Shown piece by piece: positions 10,369 through 20,693 of a stretch of 64,000 nt of DNA. The position numbers and the translations under genes were made by a program. Origin of the DNA: a virus; UHGV virus genome UHGV-0212524; one strand, 5' to 3'. How positions within the stretch are numbered: position 1 is the first letter of the stretch; every line of letters starts with the position of its first letter. The notes under the pieces are model-generated. The model was not told where the DNA came from and ran no database searches. It saw only the letters and a program-made list of their open reading frames with translations.

Positions 10369-13086
10369 TTAGAGAGTTTCATCGGTGTTGTCATCTGCGC
10401 CGGTATCCGTCTCGTCCGTGCCTTCAGTTGAAACGTCTTCTTCCGTCGTCGTATCGGTTTCCGTCGTTTCATCATCGGTCATGTCCAAGTCTTCATCACC
10501 GCCCAGATCGTCACCACCTAAGTCCTCATCGCCTCCTAAGCCACCATCGTCTTCAGTGCCGCCACCGAAGTCGCCGCCACCGCCGAAGTTATTGGCGTCT
10601 TCAGGATTCAGATCGGCTGCTTTTGCTAACGTCTGAACTTTACCTGTCGCACGTTTTGCTAACTGAATCAGCGTCTTCGATGCCGCTGCAATCTCATCAG
10701 AAATCATCTTGACGTTTTCACCACGTTTATCTTCATCGTAGATCAAATCAAACAGATCGGTTTCGATGCCCTGATTACGTAGCCAGTTGCGCGCGTAGAA
10801 GGTCTTAACCATCGTCTTGAGGTCATCAGGTGACATTTCAATACCTTCGTTCTGAAGCATATTAGCAATGTCATCCGTGACCACCAGATCTGCAAGTTTC
10901 TCGATAAATTCATAGCGTTTATCGAAGAGATCAGCTTGAGATGCTGTTGCAGAAGTATCAGGCGGTGGCAAGGTGACCTTCATACCGTTGATAAACTTCG
11001 CCATATACTCTGACGTTTGTTTTGTCATCTCTTCGCTAGATACATCCGGATTCTGCTCACGGATATACTCAACGATAATACGGATGAGTTCTGCTTGCAG
11101 TTTCGGTGAAGCTTGCAGACTGTTTGTAACGTAGCGCGTAAGCGGGGTTGAGAGGATTTCCTGTTTCTTCACAATCTGTTGAGTGACCAACAGCGATTTA
11201 GAATAAATCTGAGAAGCAAACTCCAGGTTCTCCGGGGTAAGTACAAGGTCAGGATCAACACACGCGATGTGACATGTACGGCGTAACAGGTTCTCGTCGA
11301 TTTGTTGATCAGGAACTTTATACTCCGGCGTGGTATCAGACACAGACACTTTGTGGCTGGCGTAGTAATCGTTACCCGTTACGTTAAAGGCAATCCCCGC
11401 GTTAGCCCCCATTGACCAGGCGTCGTTGATATCGCCCCACATCGGCAGGCGTCGATTGTAGGAATTAAGGATATCTGATTTAACTTGGTCAACGGTTTTT
11501 TGACCGTTTGCATCATCTGGTGACAGCTCAATGTCGTACTGCATGTGACGTGCCGAGTTCAGTACAGATGAGTTCATCGTTGCGAACAGCAGCGCCATCC
11601 TGACAGTAGAGATAATAAAGGAGCGCTCAGTAATAGAAACCCCGATACCATCTTCGTTAAAGTCGGTTGCAAAATAGCAAAGGTTATTAACCGGAATGTA
11701 AACCACCTGAGTATGACGTTTTGCGAGATGACGCGCTAACAGAATACGACCGAAAGTTTCGGTAATATTCATGCTGATTTCTGCGCCACCTAGTGCCTGA
11801 CTTAATGCGCGGGCAAATTCGTTTTCAGCGATTTCACCACAACGTGCACTTAAACGGTTGGCGATTTCCGGGGTAATACGAGAAGTGTTCCCTAAGCCCA
11901 GATTAGAACGGTTAATGATGCTGTCCGTCATCCCGTCGTTATTCAGGTAGTTCATAAAGTTCGCATCGCCGTACAGCGAGGAGCGAGCATTGATGAAGTT
12001 ACCCATGTCATCTACGATGGTCAGATAACCGATAGGGTTACGAACGTCATCGCCAATTACCAGTGGCAGCGTTGACTCTGCGGGCAGTAAACGTTCGATG
12101 TATTCGATTTTGTTATTCTCATCCATTGAGATAATAGGAATATCACCGTACGTTTGTGTTTTCGGTGTTGACTTATACGCCTCGTTTAAATCACCCAAGT
12201 TAATGAACCCTTTTTCAGCAGCGTCACGCTGACGGTCATCGAAAGATTGGTTAGGGTCGAACGGACTGCCACCGTTTGGTGTAGACGGCTTTTCATATGC
12301 GGCTTGCTCTAATTGCCCGTACAATCCCGTACGTGCGTTCTCATGCGCAATACGACGATACAAATCCGGTAGCATGGTAATGCGCGGGTTATCGGTAATC
12401 GTGATTTCCATCTGGAATTTATCCGAGAACATCGAATCGTGTTTACCGAAATCGATTTTCAACGTTTGAGGACCAGTAACGGCTCCGTGTAAACGGTTGA
12501 GAATTGATTCTACACCAACTCGCTGCCCTTCTTTCGGCGCATTAATAGGCCCGAGAATACCAAGCTGTTGTTCGAAGAACGCCGTTTGGGAACGACGAAC
12601 AGATTCAGTAGCGACCTTTGTATTCAGACCGAATAATTGGTCGAAGCCGGTATCCGAGATTATCATCACTGGACTTGCGCCTTTGGTTTTTAACGCATCG
12701 TAAATCCACTGATATAATTTCTTAGGTAGCTGACGAATGTTATCGTGATAATCACGGGTCGGTGTCAGTAGTGCGTTACGCAGATCAATGGGGATGTCCG
12801 CGATGTTGTCGTAAATCAACGTCGTGTTGATTAAGTCTTTTGTTGATAGCAGGCTCGAAGTTGCAATAGTAACGATTGTTTCGAGTTCAGGTAACGCATC
12901 AAAGATACGTTCCGCATTTTTGATAGTACGAATACGTGAACTCGCAATTGCCGTGAGTTCTTGACGTGTTGGCGTAGAACCACCCTCGCTACGCGTACCG
13001 CGTTGTTGCTGAGGTGCTGGGCCCGTAGTTTTACGAAGAATTGCAGCTACGGCGGGGTCGCCCGTTAATTTACTAATATCGTCCAT
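10369..13086 (-). CDS. large virion-associated protein candidate (possible portal), 905 aa, with acidic Gly/Asp/Thr-rich C-terminal tail
   Basis: long minus-strand ORF; C-terminal ~70 aa low-complexity acidic tail; position relative to putative capsid gene. Confidence 0.5.
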   Translation of the reverse strand: MDDISKLTGDPAVAAILRKTTGPAPQQQRGTRSEGGSTPTRQELTAIASSRIRTIKNAERIFDALPELETIVTIATSSLLSTKDLINTTLIYDNIADIPIDLRNALLTPTRDYHDNIRQLPKKLYQWIYDALKTKGASPVMIISDTGFDQLFGLNTKVATESVRRSQTAFFEQQLGILGPINAPKEGQRVGVESILNRLHGAVTGPQTLKIDFGKHDSMFSDKFQMEITITDNPRITMLPDLYRRIAHENARTGLYGQLEQAAYEKPSTPNGGSPFDPNQSFDDRQRDAAEKGFINLGDLNEAYKSTPKTQTYGDIPIISMDENNKIEYIERLLPAESTLPLVIGDDVRNPIGYLTIVDDMGNFINARSSLYGDANFMNYLNNDGMTDSIINRSNLGLGNTSRITPEIANRLSARCGEIAENEFARALSQALGGAEISMNITETFGRILLARHLAKRHTQVVYIPVNNLCYFATDFNEDGIGVSITERSFIISTVRMALLFATMNSSVLNSARHMQYDIELSPDDANGQKTVDQVKSDILNSYNRRLPMWGDINDAWSMGANAGIAFNVTGNDYYASHKVSVSDTTPEYKVPDQQIDENLLRRTCHIACVDPDLVLTPENLEFASQIYSKSLLVTQQIVKKQEILSTPLTRYVTNSLQASPKLQAELIRIIVEYIREQNPDVSSEEMTKQTSEYMAKFINGMKVTLPPPDTSATASQADLFDKRYEFIEKLADLVVTDDIANMLQNEGIEMSPDDLKTMVKTFYARNWLRNQGIETDLFDLIYDEDKRGENVKMISDEIAAASKTLIQLAKRATGKVQTLAKAADLNPEDANNFGGGGDFGGGTEDDGGLGGDEDLGGDDLGGDEDLDMTDDETTETDTTTEEDVSTEGTDETDTGADDNTDETL

Positions 13087-15281
13087 TGGGGTCTCCGATG
13101 CAGAGATTTAACATATTTCGTGAACAGAACATCGCGTTGGCGAAATCACTGATTATTAAATCAGAATCAATCGCACAACAGATGAATCTGGCAATAACCG
13201 AGAACGGCGGTTTCGTTTCCGATAACCGAAGTACGTGGCGATACTACCTGCATTTAGCAGGACAACGTCACGAATGGGATAAGCCCATTTACATAACGTC
13301 GCTCGACACGCAAGAGCAGATAGAATTAACGACAGCCAACCTGTCCCGTCATAAAAAGACCTCAAACGTATTTCGTTCGAACGGCGGGTACATTGAGGAG
13401 CTGATCAGAACGTATCCTGACTACGCGATTTATATCCGGGGTGTGTTTAATCCGGTGGATATAAACTACGCCATCCGTGTGGCTGACTGCTCTATCCTCT
13501 ATTACGACAGTTCATTAGTGGAGTCGCAAGAGACGTCACTGATGTCGAGATTGGAAGACAGAATAAGGGCAGCTCACGTTCGCTATATGTCAGAAGGGTG
13601 GAAAGTTCACAACGATGCGTTCGTGTTAGCATTCTACTGTATTCTGTATCCGCAGTTACCCGGCATCATCGGGTATATTCGTTCTTCTTTACAGCATACC
13701 ACGGAAACGCATTCGTTTTACGTGACAGAGTTCTTAGCATCACACCAAGAACTTCACGAGTTTATGCCGTATTTGACCCAGAAACAGAAATTCATTCTTT
13801 ATCGGAATATTCGTTACTGGGAACGTAACTCAGGGAAAGAGGAGATTTTCGACTGGCAGATTGATGCGCTACTGACAGGTTGGGGGATGCCTGCGGTTGG
13901 GTATAATGTTGCGCAGCAAATACACGAACCGAAGGATGATGACGATTCCACGTTAACGCCGTTACCGATCGGTTATCAGCAATCGCTTAACTATACGGAA
14001 AAGGACTCTGGTCGAGACCTTGACATTGTAACAACGACGGACATCATCCAGAAGGAAGTCGCGTTAGCGTACAATAACCCGGCGTACGAACCGGAGTATC
14101 AGGAAGACTTAGATACCCGTTTAAGTTTAACGCAATACCCTAACCTGAAAACCAAACTCATTGAAGTTACAGCAGTCGACCCAGAAGCGATTGAGCGCTT
14201 CGAGTATCTGCATAACCTCTTTAACGAATGGGTACATCTCGTCGCGAAAGGGAAATACAACATTTACCACGAGATTCTTAACCCAACAAACGGGGATACC
14301 TTAAAGCTTAGCTCAAAAGAGTTATTGGCGCTGTTCTTGTACGCGGCGTATAAAGGGTATTCTGACGTTGCGTTAGAAAAGATTCCTGTGTTCAACGTGT
14401 TCGGGGTGTTAATCAAACGCTGGGTTTCATTCGATGAAATGGAACAACATTTAATCCCGAGCTGGGAAAACCGTTTCGATGCGTTGATTAACTATTATAC
14501 CGATACGCACACAGAAGTCGTCGGAACGATTCTTAGTGCTGATGAACTTTACGACACGGTTAATGAAATCATTACCCAGAAACGACGTCGTTGGCGTTAT
14601 AGCCAAAACCGTCGGAAGATTCCTGACCGTGCAGCGGGTATGATGCTGTTTAACTACCATTACCGTGATTATCGTTGCGATTTAAAACTGAACTATCGTA
14701 ACTACGATGAGTTCTTTAAAACGTTTGGGTTAGACTATACGTTGGTTTCGGCGGAGACGTGGCAAGACATTGCTATTGACGCATTTAACACCGCAACTAA
14801 CCTGGAAACCCGCGCAACGATTTCACAGTCTGAGATTCAGCGTGCAATGGTACGACTGATGACGAAGTTGTCATCCTACACCGTACATTTTGCTGCACGA
14901 ATGGGGTCAGATTCTTACGACGTTATGGACCCGCTCTGTCCTATCTTAGGGGATATCCCTATGAGTGGGGAGGGGTCGATTACCATTATTGAACCCCTCT
15001 TAGGCGTACAGCAAGTTACGCGTCACCAGTATATGTCCACCGACACTGTGTTACCGGCAGCGCCTGTTATTAAAGAACTGTCGATGCCACAGCACATCAA
15101 ACTCAGGATGAACATTTACATGGGTATCCGAGTGAAAGTAACACAGCAGGTTGTGGTGGATATTAACGAGCCGACTACCGGGGTTGTTAAAGTGAAATCT
15201 TCGCTTGACGATTGGACGTTAAACGAACAGGTGAAAATTAACGATCTGGACGGCTTCACGCTTGACCAGCTACCTAAGTGA
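13086..15281 (+). CDS. hypothetical protein (731 aa)
   Basis: long ORF, divergent from 10369..13086; no Walker A motif found. Confidence 0.6.
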   Translation: MGSPMQRFNIFREQNIALAKSLIIKSESIAQQMNLAITENGGFVSDNRSTWRYYLHLAGQRHEWDKPIYITSLDTQEQIELTTANLSRHKKTSNVFRSNGGYIEELIRTYPDYAIYIRGVFNPVDINYAIRVADCSILYYDSSLVESQETSLMSRLEDRIRAAHVRYMSEGWKVHNDAFVLAFYCILYPQLPGIIGYIRSSLQHTTETHSFYVTEFLASHQELHEFMPYLTQKQKFILYRNIRYWERNSGKEEIFDWQIDALLTGWGMPAVGYNVAQQIHEPKDDDDSTLTPLPIGYQQSLNYTEKDSGRDLDIVTTTDIIQKEVALAYNNPAYEPEYQEDLDTRLSLTQYPNLKTKLIEVTAVDPEAIERFEYLHNLFNEWVHLVAKGKYNIYHEILNPTNGDTLKLSSKELLALFLYAAYKGYSDVALEKIPVFNVFGVLIKRWVSFDEMEQHLIPSWENRFDALINYYTDTHTEVVGTILSADELYDTVNEIITQKRRRWRYSQNRRKIPDRAAGMMLFNYHYRDYRCDLKLNYRNYDEFFKTFGLDYTLVSAETWQDIAIDAFNTATNLETRATISQSEIQRAMVRLMTKLSSYTVHFAARMGSDSYDVMDPLCPILGDIPMSGEGSITIIEPLLGVQQVTRHQYMSTDTVLPAAPVIKELSMPQHIKLRMNIYMGIRVKVTQQVVVDINEPTTGVVKVKSSLDDWTLNEQVKINDLDGFTLDQLPK

Positions 15282-15288
15282 GAAAACC

Positions 15289-15816
15289 ATGGCATATCGC
15301 GTCGACTTAACGAAAACTCCGAAACAAATTCTGGTAGATCGTATTAACTACGTTTTCGGGGTATCCTATACCACTGACAACATCGATTTTAACGATAAAG
15401 GTGTGCAACCACTGACGAAAGACGAAGCCCGTCGTTACGGACTGGAATCGAAAGTGGCGGCCGACTTTAAAAACGGTGTTACAGGGAACCAGGAATTCAT
15501 CTTAACCCGTGTTGACCTGGCAACGTTCTTAGCTGACGAACCGGTTACAGTACCGAAAGGCGAAGTAACCAGCAGCCAAGAACTGGCAGACTATATCGTT
15601 GCTCAGACCGGTATTGATTTGACCCAAGACGACATTATGATCGAGCCTATCAGTGAGGAACTCGATTCTTATGATGTTCGCTTAGTCCCGAATCACTTAT
15701 CTTTTAAAGGAACGATTCCGGTCGTATTTACTGACCCCACACCACGTACGTTGGCGTCTCTTGTGACGAAACTTGCGTTGGACGGGTTCCGCCCTGGAGA
15801 ATTAATCAATGTCTAA
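15289..15816 (+). CDS. hypothetical protein
   Basis: ORF; ATG at 15289 preferred over the upstream TTG at 15262, which would overlap the preceding gene. Confidence 0.5.
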   Translation: MAYRVDLTKTPKQILVDRINYVFGVSYTTDNIDFNDKGVQPLTKDEARRYGLESKVAADFKNGVTGNQEFILTRVDLATFLADEPVTVPKGEVTSSQELADYIVAQTGIDLTQDDIMIEPISEELDSYDVRLVPNHLSFKGTIPVVFTDPTPRTLASLVTKLALDGFRPGELINV

Positions 15817-16696
15817 TGTCAAAGTTTACGACGGTAAACTCTCGACGGTAACACTTAATGCGATGCGTCTGGCTACCGCATTAATTACCGGTGCCGATGT
15901 GCAATACCCACAGAAGTCCACACTGAATGAGTTTTATAAGCTCATGCAAACCCCAGTGCCGGATGGTAAAGCACGTCCCCATTTGCAGTACATGGCGATT
16001 GGTAACCGTGGCCACATGGTCGACACATCAGATGTTGTTGCTGATGTTGTTCCTGTAGCTAAAGAACCTATCGCGTCCGGGATGTTTTCACGCGTTCCGT
16101 TTGTCCTGCGTACTAAAGACAACGATTTGTCTGATGAGCAGCGTAAGAACTACGCTTTCCGTACTCTGGAAACCATCAACAAACGTGAGTATTGGGCGTA
16201 CTACTTAAAACGCATTGACATGCGTGCAGTAAAAACCACCGACTACGACATTAAGCGTGAGAACGGTGTTGAAACTGTAGAAGACTTTGTTTATACGGAT
16301 ACTGAACTGAACCCGGTACCGAAAGTGCTGCCGGATTACGATTACGACGATGACGGTACCGTTGCAATCCCTGATGGCCGTTATGTGGAGTCAGGTGCAG
16401 ACCTGGTTATCCCGTGGACGGACTTCGACGTTCAGGAGTACATGAACGTAACCAGCATTATGCGCGGTAGCCCTCGTAGTTCGATTATCTCTGAACTGGC
16501 ACTGTGCTCCGGTTTAGACCAGGTAACGTCTGGTGACTCTGCCACAGGTTCGAAGTTCAGCTACACTGAAGCTATCGGTGTACAAGCCCTGTATTACATT
16601 TCGATGTTTACTAACCTGGCGCAGACGAACGATAAACTGTCACTGACAATCCGTATCGGTCAACCTGCACCGTTCTTCTTAGGGACAGCGAATTAA
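15809..16696 (+). CDS. hypothetical protein (295 aa)
   Basis: ORF in operon. Confidence 0.55.
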   Translation: MSNVKVYDGKLSTVTLNAMRLATALITGADVQYPQKSTLNEFYKLMQTPVPDGKARPHLQYMAIGNRGHMVDTSDVVADVVPVAKEPIASGMFSRVPFVLRTKDNDLSDEQRKNYAFRTLETINKREYWAYYLKRIDMRAVKTTDYDIKRENGVETVEDFVYTDTELNPVPKVLPDYDYDDDGTVAIPDGRYVESGADLVIPWTDFDVQEYMNVTSIMRGSPRSSIISELALCSGLDQVTSGDSATGSKFSYTEAIGVQALYYISMFTNLAQTNDKLSLTIRIGQPAPFFLGTAN

Positions 16697-17340
16697 TGTT
16701 GATTCCTGAGCCGAGACTTCCCGATAAAATGGTCAGGATCGCGGCGATAGACCCCGGTACGAGCCATCTCGGGATGGCGGTGCTGGATTGGGAATATGGC
16801 AGCGACCAAGCCGAAGTGGTGTGGGCTGATACCATGCACGTATTAGACCCAACACATCCAAGTGCGTTTGCAGAGTGTGTCGGTAAACGCGACGATCGCT
16901 TAGTAAAACTCGAAGCGTGCTACCGTGAGTTTCTTCGGATTGCGCGTCCGACGTTTGTTGCAACAGAAACGCCGTTTATGCGGCGAGCAAAACTCTCCGC
17001 GTATGAGTCTGGCGTAGAGTTACAGCTGATGTTAAGACGAGCGTTATGGGACGTGTTTCCAGAGAAAGTCTTACACGGGTTCAATCCGATTATTGTAAAA
17101 TCATTCGTCGGTGTGGAAGCGAAAGGAACGGACAAAACAGATATGTTTCGTGCCGTAACGAAGTTGTATCGCGACCACGCGTTGTTTGATATTACAACGT
17201 TGGATGAGCACAGTATCGATGCCGTGGCGGTGGGGAATATCTTTGTCAGGGTAAACCTGTTAAACTTGAATAGTCTCCTACCGCCAAAACAAAAGTCTGC
17301 TAAGGCAGCAAAACGGCGGAGAAGACGTCGGAGGAAATAG
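16696..17340 (+). CDS. RuvC-like Holliday junction resolvase with poly-Arg C-terminus
   Basis: N-terminal RIAAIDPGTSHLGMAVLD resembles the RuvC catalytic Asp motif; ATETPF and LDEHSIDAVAVG match the later acidic motifs; C-terminal KRRRRRRRK. Confidence 0.6.
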   Translation: MLIPEPRLPDKMVRIAAIDPGTSHLGMAVLDWEYGSDQAEVVWADTMHVLDPTHPSAFAECVGKRDDRLVKLEACYREFLRIARPTFVATETPFMRRAKLSAYESGVELQLMLRRALWDVFPEKVLHGFNPIIVKSFVGVEAKGTDKTDMFRAVTKLYRDHALFDITTLDEHSIDAVAVGNIFVRVNLLNLNSLLPPKQKSAKAAKRRRRRRRK

Positions 17341-17342
17341 CG

Positions 17343-17921
17343 ATGTCGCAACCAACACAAGACGTGTCAGCCGCAATTCTTGACATTCTTATCCAAGCAG
17401 GAAACAGAAAGTTAAGTAAAGAGCAGTCCGAAGAACTGTCTAAGATTCTCAAAGACAACTTCGGTGACGACGTCTCTGTAGACGTAACGCGGTCAGGTAC
17501 AAAGATTCTGTCGGAGCTACGTCCAACGCTTCTTGAGAACATTGGAAAGATGGCGGAAAACTTTCAGCAGCAAGCCACAAATGCTGTAGAGAGTTTAGGT
17601 GACGAAGTAAGCAAAGAAACGATGTTGACGCTGTGGCCAAAACTTGCCGGTGCACAGAAGTTCATTATTGTTCTGCTTGCACTCGCCACTGTGGTCGTGA
17701 CAGGCTTCTTAGCGTACGACACGCATCAGAACTTTCCAAAAGACAGCATGGAAGTGTTGTTTGTATCCTTACTTCCGCTGTTTGGACTGGTAGTATTCGC
17801 AACGTGGCCGATTAAAACATTGGCTTACAAGTCGTTGGAGATTGCTACCAAAGTTGTCGAGAAGAAACTTGAGAAATCAGGTCAGGTCGTCGCGAAGACG
17901 GAAACAAAGACAACGAAATAA
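17343..17921 (+). CDS. hypothetical membrane protein (192 aa)
   Basis: two hydrophobic segments (FIIVLLALATVVVTGFLAY, LLPLFGLVVFATWPI). Confidence 0.55.
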   Translation: MSQPTQDVSAAILDILIQAGNRKLSKEQSEELSKILKDNFGDDVSVDVTRSGTKILSELRPTLLENIGKMAENFQQQATNAVESLGDEVSKETMLTLWPKLAGAQKFIIVLLALATVVVTGFLAYDTHQNFPKDSMEVLFVSLLPLFGLVVFATWPIKTLAYKSLEIATKVVEKKLEKSGQVVAKTETKTTK

Positions 17922-17926
17922 AACCA

Positions 17927-17967
17927 ACCTCTACCTTCGGGTAGAGGTTTTCTTCTTTTTATTTTAC
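17927..17967 (+). terminator. rho-independent terminator
   Basis: ACCTCTACC-TTCG-GGTAGAGGT hairpin plus T-tract. Confidence 0.8.
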
Positions 17968-18009
17968 AATTTTTGATCATACTGTGAGACTTGAACATGG
18001 AGACTTATC

Positions 18010-18663
18010 ATGGAACCACTACGTTTAATGACCAGAACGCTACTGATTCCTATCTGGGAATTGAAGCTTGCCCCGTTGTCCGCCTCTAATGGGGAGGTCA
18101 TCGATTTTATTAAAGACGAGGAATTTGTGCTGACGGCTTTCCAGGAGACGCTGCATCGTTATTATAATGCAGTACCTTTATCTGGCGGATTAGATTGCCC
18201 TGGTGTAGAAGGGAGTACGTCTGCGTTAATCGCAGAGTATTTAGAACAGAAAGGAATCGGGGTTGGGAAAGGTCGGGTTTATGTGGACGTCGATAAACTG
18301 AAGAGTTATCAGATTGAGCTGACGTTTCAGATAAGAAAATTACTCACCCGCTACGGCCTTTTCTCAATTAACTGTAAATTTGATGACGTACGGATGTTAG
18401 ACCACGGTTTTACCACCACCCTCAAAATTTGTCGCGGTAAAAGATTCGTACAGTTTGCTTGGTGGGTACCAGTATTGCGTGGTGAGAGAAAAACGGTGGA
18501 GGGGTTGTACGGCTGGGCGCTATGGAGCGAAGTTCCAGTAAATAAACTCGATGCGGTTATTCCAAAACACCGAAATGTTCCGCTTAGCAGTTTATTTACT
18601 TCCGGCGAGAACACTACGTGGGCTGAATTCGTTAATAACGTTATGTCAATTGGGGAACAATAA
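18010..18663 (+). CDS. hypothetical protein (217 aa)
   Basis: ORF. Confidence 0.55.
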   Translation: MEPLRLMTRTLLIPIWELKLAPLSASNGEVIDFIKDEEFVLTAFQETLHRYYNAVPLSGGLDCPGVEGSTSALIAEYLEQKGIGVGKGRVYVDVDKLKSYQIELTFQIRKLLTRYGLFSINCKFDDVRMLDHGFTTTLKICRGKRFVQFAWWVPVLRGERKTVEGLYGWALWSEVPVNKLDAVIPKHRNVPLSSLFTSGENTTWAEFVNNVMSIGEQ

Positions 18664-19139
18664 TGCAGCAGTTAGATATTACTGAAGACAAAATCTCCGC
18701 TAAATTTCCACAATTACGCGAATACATCAAGGACTTAAACTCGATACGCGAAACACCTGTTCGTATTACGTTAGCGATAGAAGACGACATTACGCACGGT
18801 ATCGCGATTTGGGAACCGGGCAATCTTATCTATCTGGTGGTAGCAGAAGGTTCTCGACGTTTCGGTGTGGGTTCGTTCTTATTGCAGTACGTTCAACTGA
18901 ATTCCGATCGTCAAATGGTGACGTGTCGTGTCCACCCTTCGAACATTGACGGCCTGTGTTTCTTTTCGAAAAAAGGCTACCAGATTGACCGTTGGTATAT
19001 CGCCAGCGACTCTCGTCGGTATTTTCGTATGACGAACGGTAACGTTGTTTCGTCATACGCCCCGCCGGAAGAAGGATATTTGGTGGATTTTATCGAAAAC
19101 ACGCCCATCTTTCTCTCTGTTGCGGATAAAATTTATTAA
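18663..19139 (+). CDS. possible GNAT-fold acetyltransferase (158 aa)
   Basis: RRFGVGSFLLQYV and FFSKKGYQ resemble the GNAT acetyl-CoA binding motifs; weak. Confidence 0.35.
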   Translation: MQQLDITEDKISAKFPQLREYIKDLNSIRETPVRITLAIEDDITHGIAIWEPGNLIYLVVAEGSRRFGVGSFLLQYVQLNSDRQMVTCRVHPSNIDGLCFFSKKGYQIDRWYIASDSRRYFRMTNGNVVSSYAPPEEGYLVDFIENTPIFLSVADKIY

Positions 19140-19155
19140 CCGTTGAGAGTCTAAA

Positions 19156-19632
19156 ATGATACGTGTCGAATATGAGACGCGGTGCTTAGAAGACAATCGA
19201 GCAAAAGCATTACGTTGTGTTGAAATCGTTCCCGAACACGAACTGGATATTCATGCTGGTAAGGTTCGGGGCGTTCCGGTTAAGATCGTACAACACAGCC
19301 ATTGTTCGCAATATAAAGAGAAAGCTGTCCCAGTAGTACGTTCCAGTAAACGAGAAGACTTTTCAGAACTCCGTAAGTGTTTTCAACGACACTACCGCCG
19401 GAGTAAATGGAAAGTGCTGGTGTTAATGTTAGTTGACGATTTCATTAAAGACCTGGTTTGGGAAGAAGTGCTTAAAGAGCGTGGTTTTCAACCCAAACCG
19501 TTCTCGTATCACTGGGAACGTTTCAAAAAGAAATACCACGAGTCATTGCGTTGGTCTCCGAACACACGGAATATGATGCCACGTTTAGAGTCAATGCCTT
19601 GGCTTCGTGTTTATCTCGATGAGGTAAACTGA
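19156..19632 (+). CDS. hypothetical protein (158 aa)
   Basis: ORF. Confidence 0.5.
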   Translation: MIRVEYETRCLEDNRAKALRCVEIVPEHELDIHAGKVRGVPVKIVQHSHCSQYKEKAVPVVRSSKREDFSELRKCFQRHYRRSKWKVLVLMLVDDFIKDLVWEEVLKERGFQPKPFSYHWERFKKKYHESLRWSPNTRNMMPRLESMPWLRVYLDEVN

Positions 19633-20021
19633 TGAAACGTTTTATTACCCCATTTCTAATGTTACTTTCGTTTTCTGTATTAGCGGATTTTAAACCTTAC
19701 GATATCAGTCGTTACGAACCCGCTGTCCCTGGCGATAAACCGGTTGTGTTTAAAGCAGATGACCAACCCGTCACTGTGGTTCAAAACGATGAGTTTGCGG
19801 TGGTGAATTACGGCAAAACGGACTTATGCCCTGCGGGTGGATTTTATCTGGTGAACATCAAACGTCGAACTTATCAGTTTGTTGATCCGGGTAGCTGCTC
19901 TGCAATGGTTAAGGTGACGTTAGAAACCGTACCTTATACGAATAAAAACATTAATATACAACGTTTAACCTTTTATGCGGGTGATGAAATCACAGCACGT
20001 TATCCGTTATACGGGTATTAG
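19632..20021 (+). CDS. secreted/periplasmic protein candidate with N-terminal signal peptide (129 aa)
   Basis: N-terminal MKRFITPFLMLLSFSVLADF signal-peptide-like segment. Confidence 0.5.
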   Translation: MKRFITPFLMLLSFSVLADFKPYDISRYEPAVPGDKPVVFKADDQPVTVVQNDEFAVVNYGKTDLCPAGGFYLVNIKRRTYQFVDPGSCSAMVKVTLETVPYTNKNINIQRLTFYAGDEITARYPLYGY

Positions 20022-20683
20022 TGATTAGCCCCCACGGAGTTCGTATGTCTTTTGTAATTGATTTCGACGTTGGCCACAGACAGAACTTACTTAATCTCGT
20101 TAGTTATTGTAACAGCGACAGTGTACGGAAAAAGCTTTCGGCTGAAAAGGTAGACGTTACGCTTGTCGGTGCCCCAACACCTGAAGGGCGCTATAAGGTA
20201 AAGTTAACGAACCGTAACGACATAAACGATGCGGTACTGATTACCTACACAAAGCTTCAACTGAACGACTTCCTTGAGATTCCTGCCAAGTATCTGGATT
20301 GGTTTGATTTCGAAAACGGTCAACCTAAGAACTACGATACGTGGGCAGCTTCCGCTAAAGTCGCCGTAGAGAAAATGTGCCAAGACCGAGGTATGGTGTT
20401 GTCGCGCGCTTGGGACACCGGTTCACAGTGTCACGTTGAGTTTGACGAGTCTATCGAACGCTATGTGGTTGTTTACGAGTGCGACTCTTTTATTTATAGT
20501 GCGAGAAACCGATTCATCTTACCTCTACACTTAGGGCAGGTGATTAACGACACGACATTAGACGGTCTTAATTACAATAACGAACTGAACAAGAAACCAT
20601 TGGCGGATTTGGACGGTGAGTTAGAAGTGTGGATGGGCCAGGCGTTGGTTGAGACAGTCGTCTTAAGCGGCCTGGAGATGTAA
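20021..20683 (+). CDS. hypothetical protein (220 aa)
   Basis: ORF followed by strong terminator. Confidence 0.55.
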   Translation: MISPHGVRMSFVIDFDVGHRQNLLNLVSYCNSDSVRKKLSAEKVDVTLVGAPTPEGRYKVKLTNRNDINDAVLITYTKLQLNDFLEIPAKYLDWFDFENGQPKNYDTWAASAKVAVEKMCQDRGMVLSRAWDTGSQCHVEFDESIERYVVVYECDSFIYSARNRFILPLHLGQVINDTTLDGLNYNNELNKKPLADLDGELEVWMGQALVETVVLSGLEM

Positions 20684-20693
20684 TAGTAACGGT

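Noticed and set aside
10362-10712. Plus-strand ORFs (116 aa His/Arg/Ser-rich and 83 aa Ser/Pro/Val-rich) antisense to the 3' end of the 905-aa gene
   Set aside because: They arise from the low-complexity acidic-tail coding region and their composition is the mirror of the GAT/GGT/GAA repeats, so they are not independent genes.
13086-15281. Large terminase assignment for the 731-aa protein next to the portal candidate
   Set aside because: No Walker A (GxxxxGK[ST]) or nuclease motifs could be located, so it is left as hypothetical.
16920-17542. Minus-strand ORFs (146 aa and 80 aa) overlapping the RuvC-like gene and the following membrane-protein gene
   Set aside because: Antisense to motif-bearing plus-strand genes in a tightly packed operon; no supporting signals.
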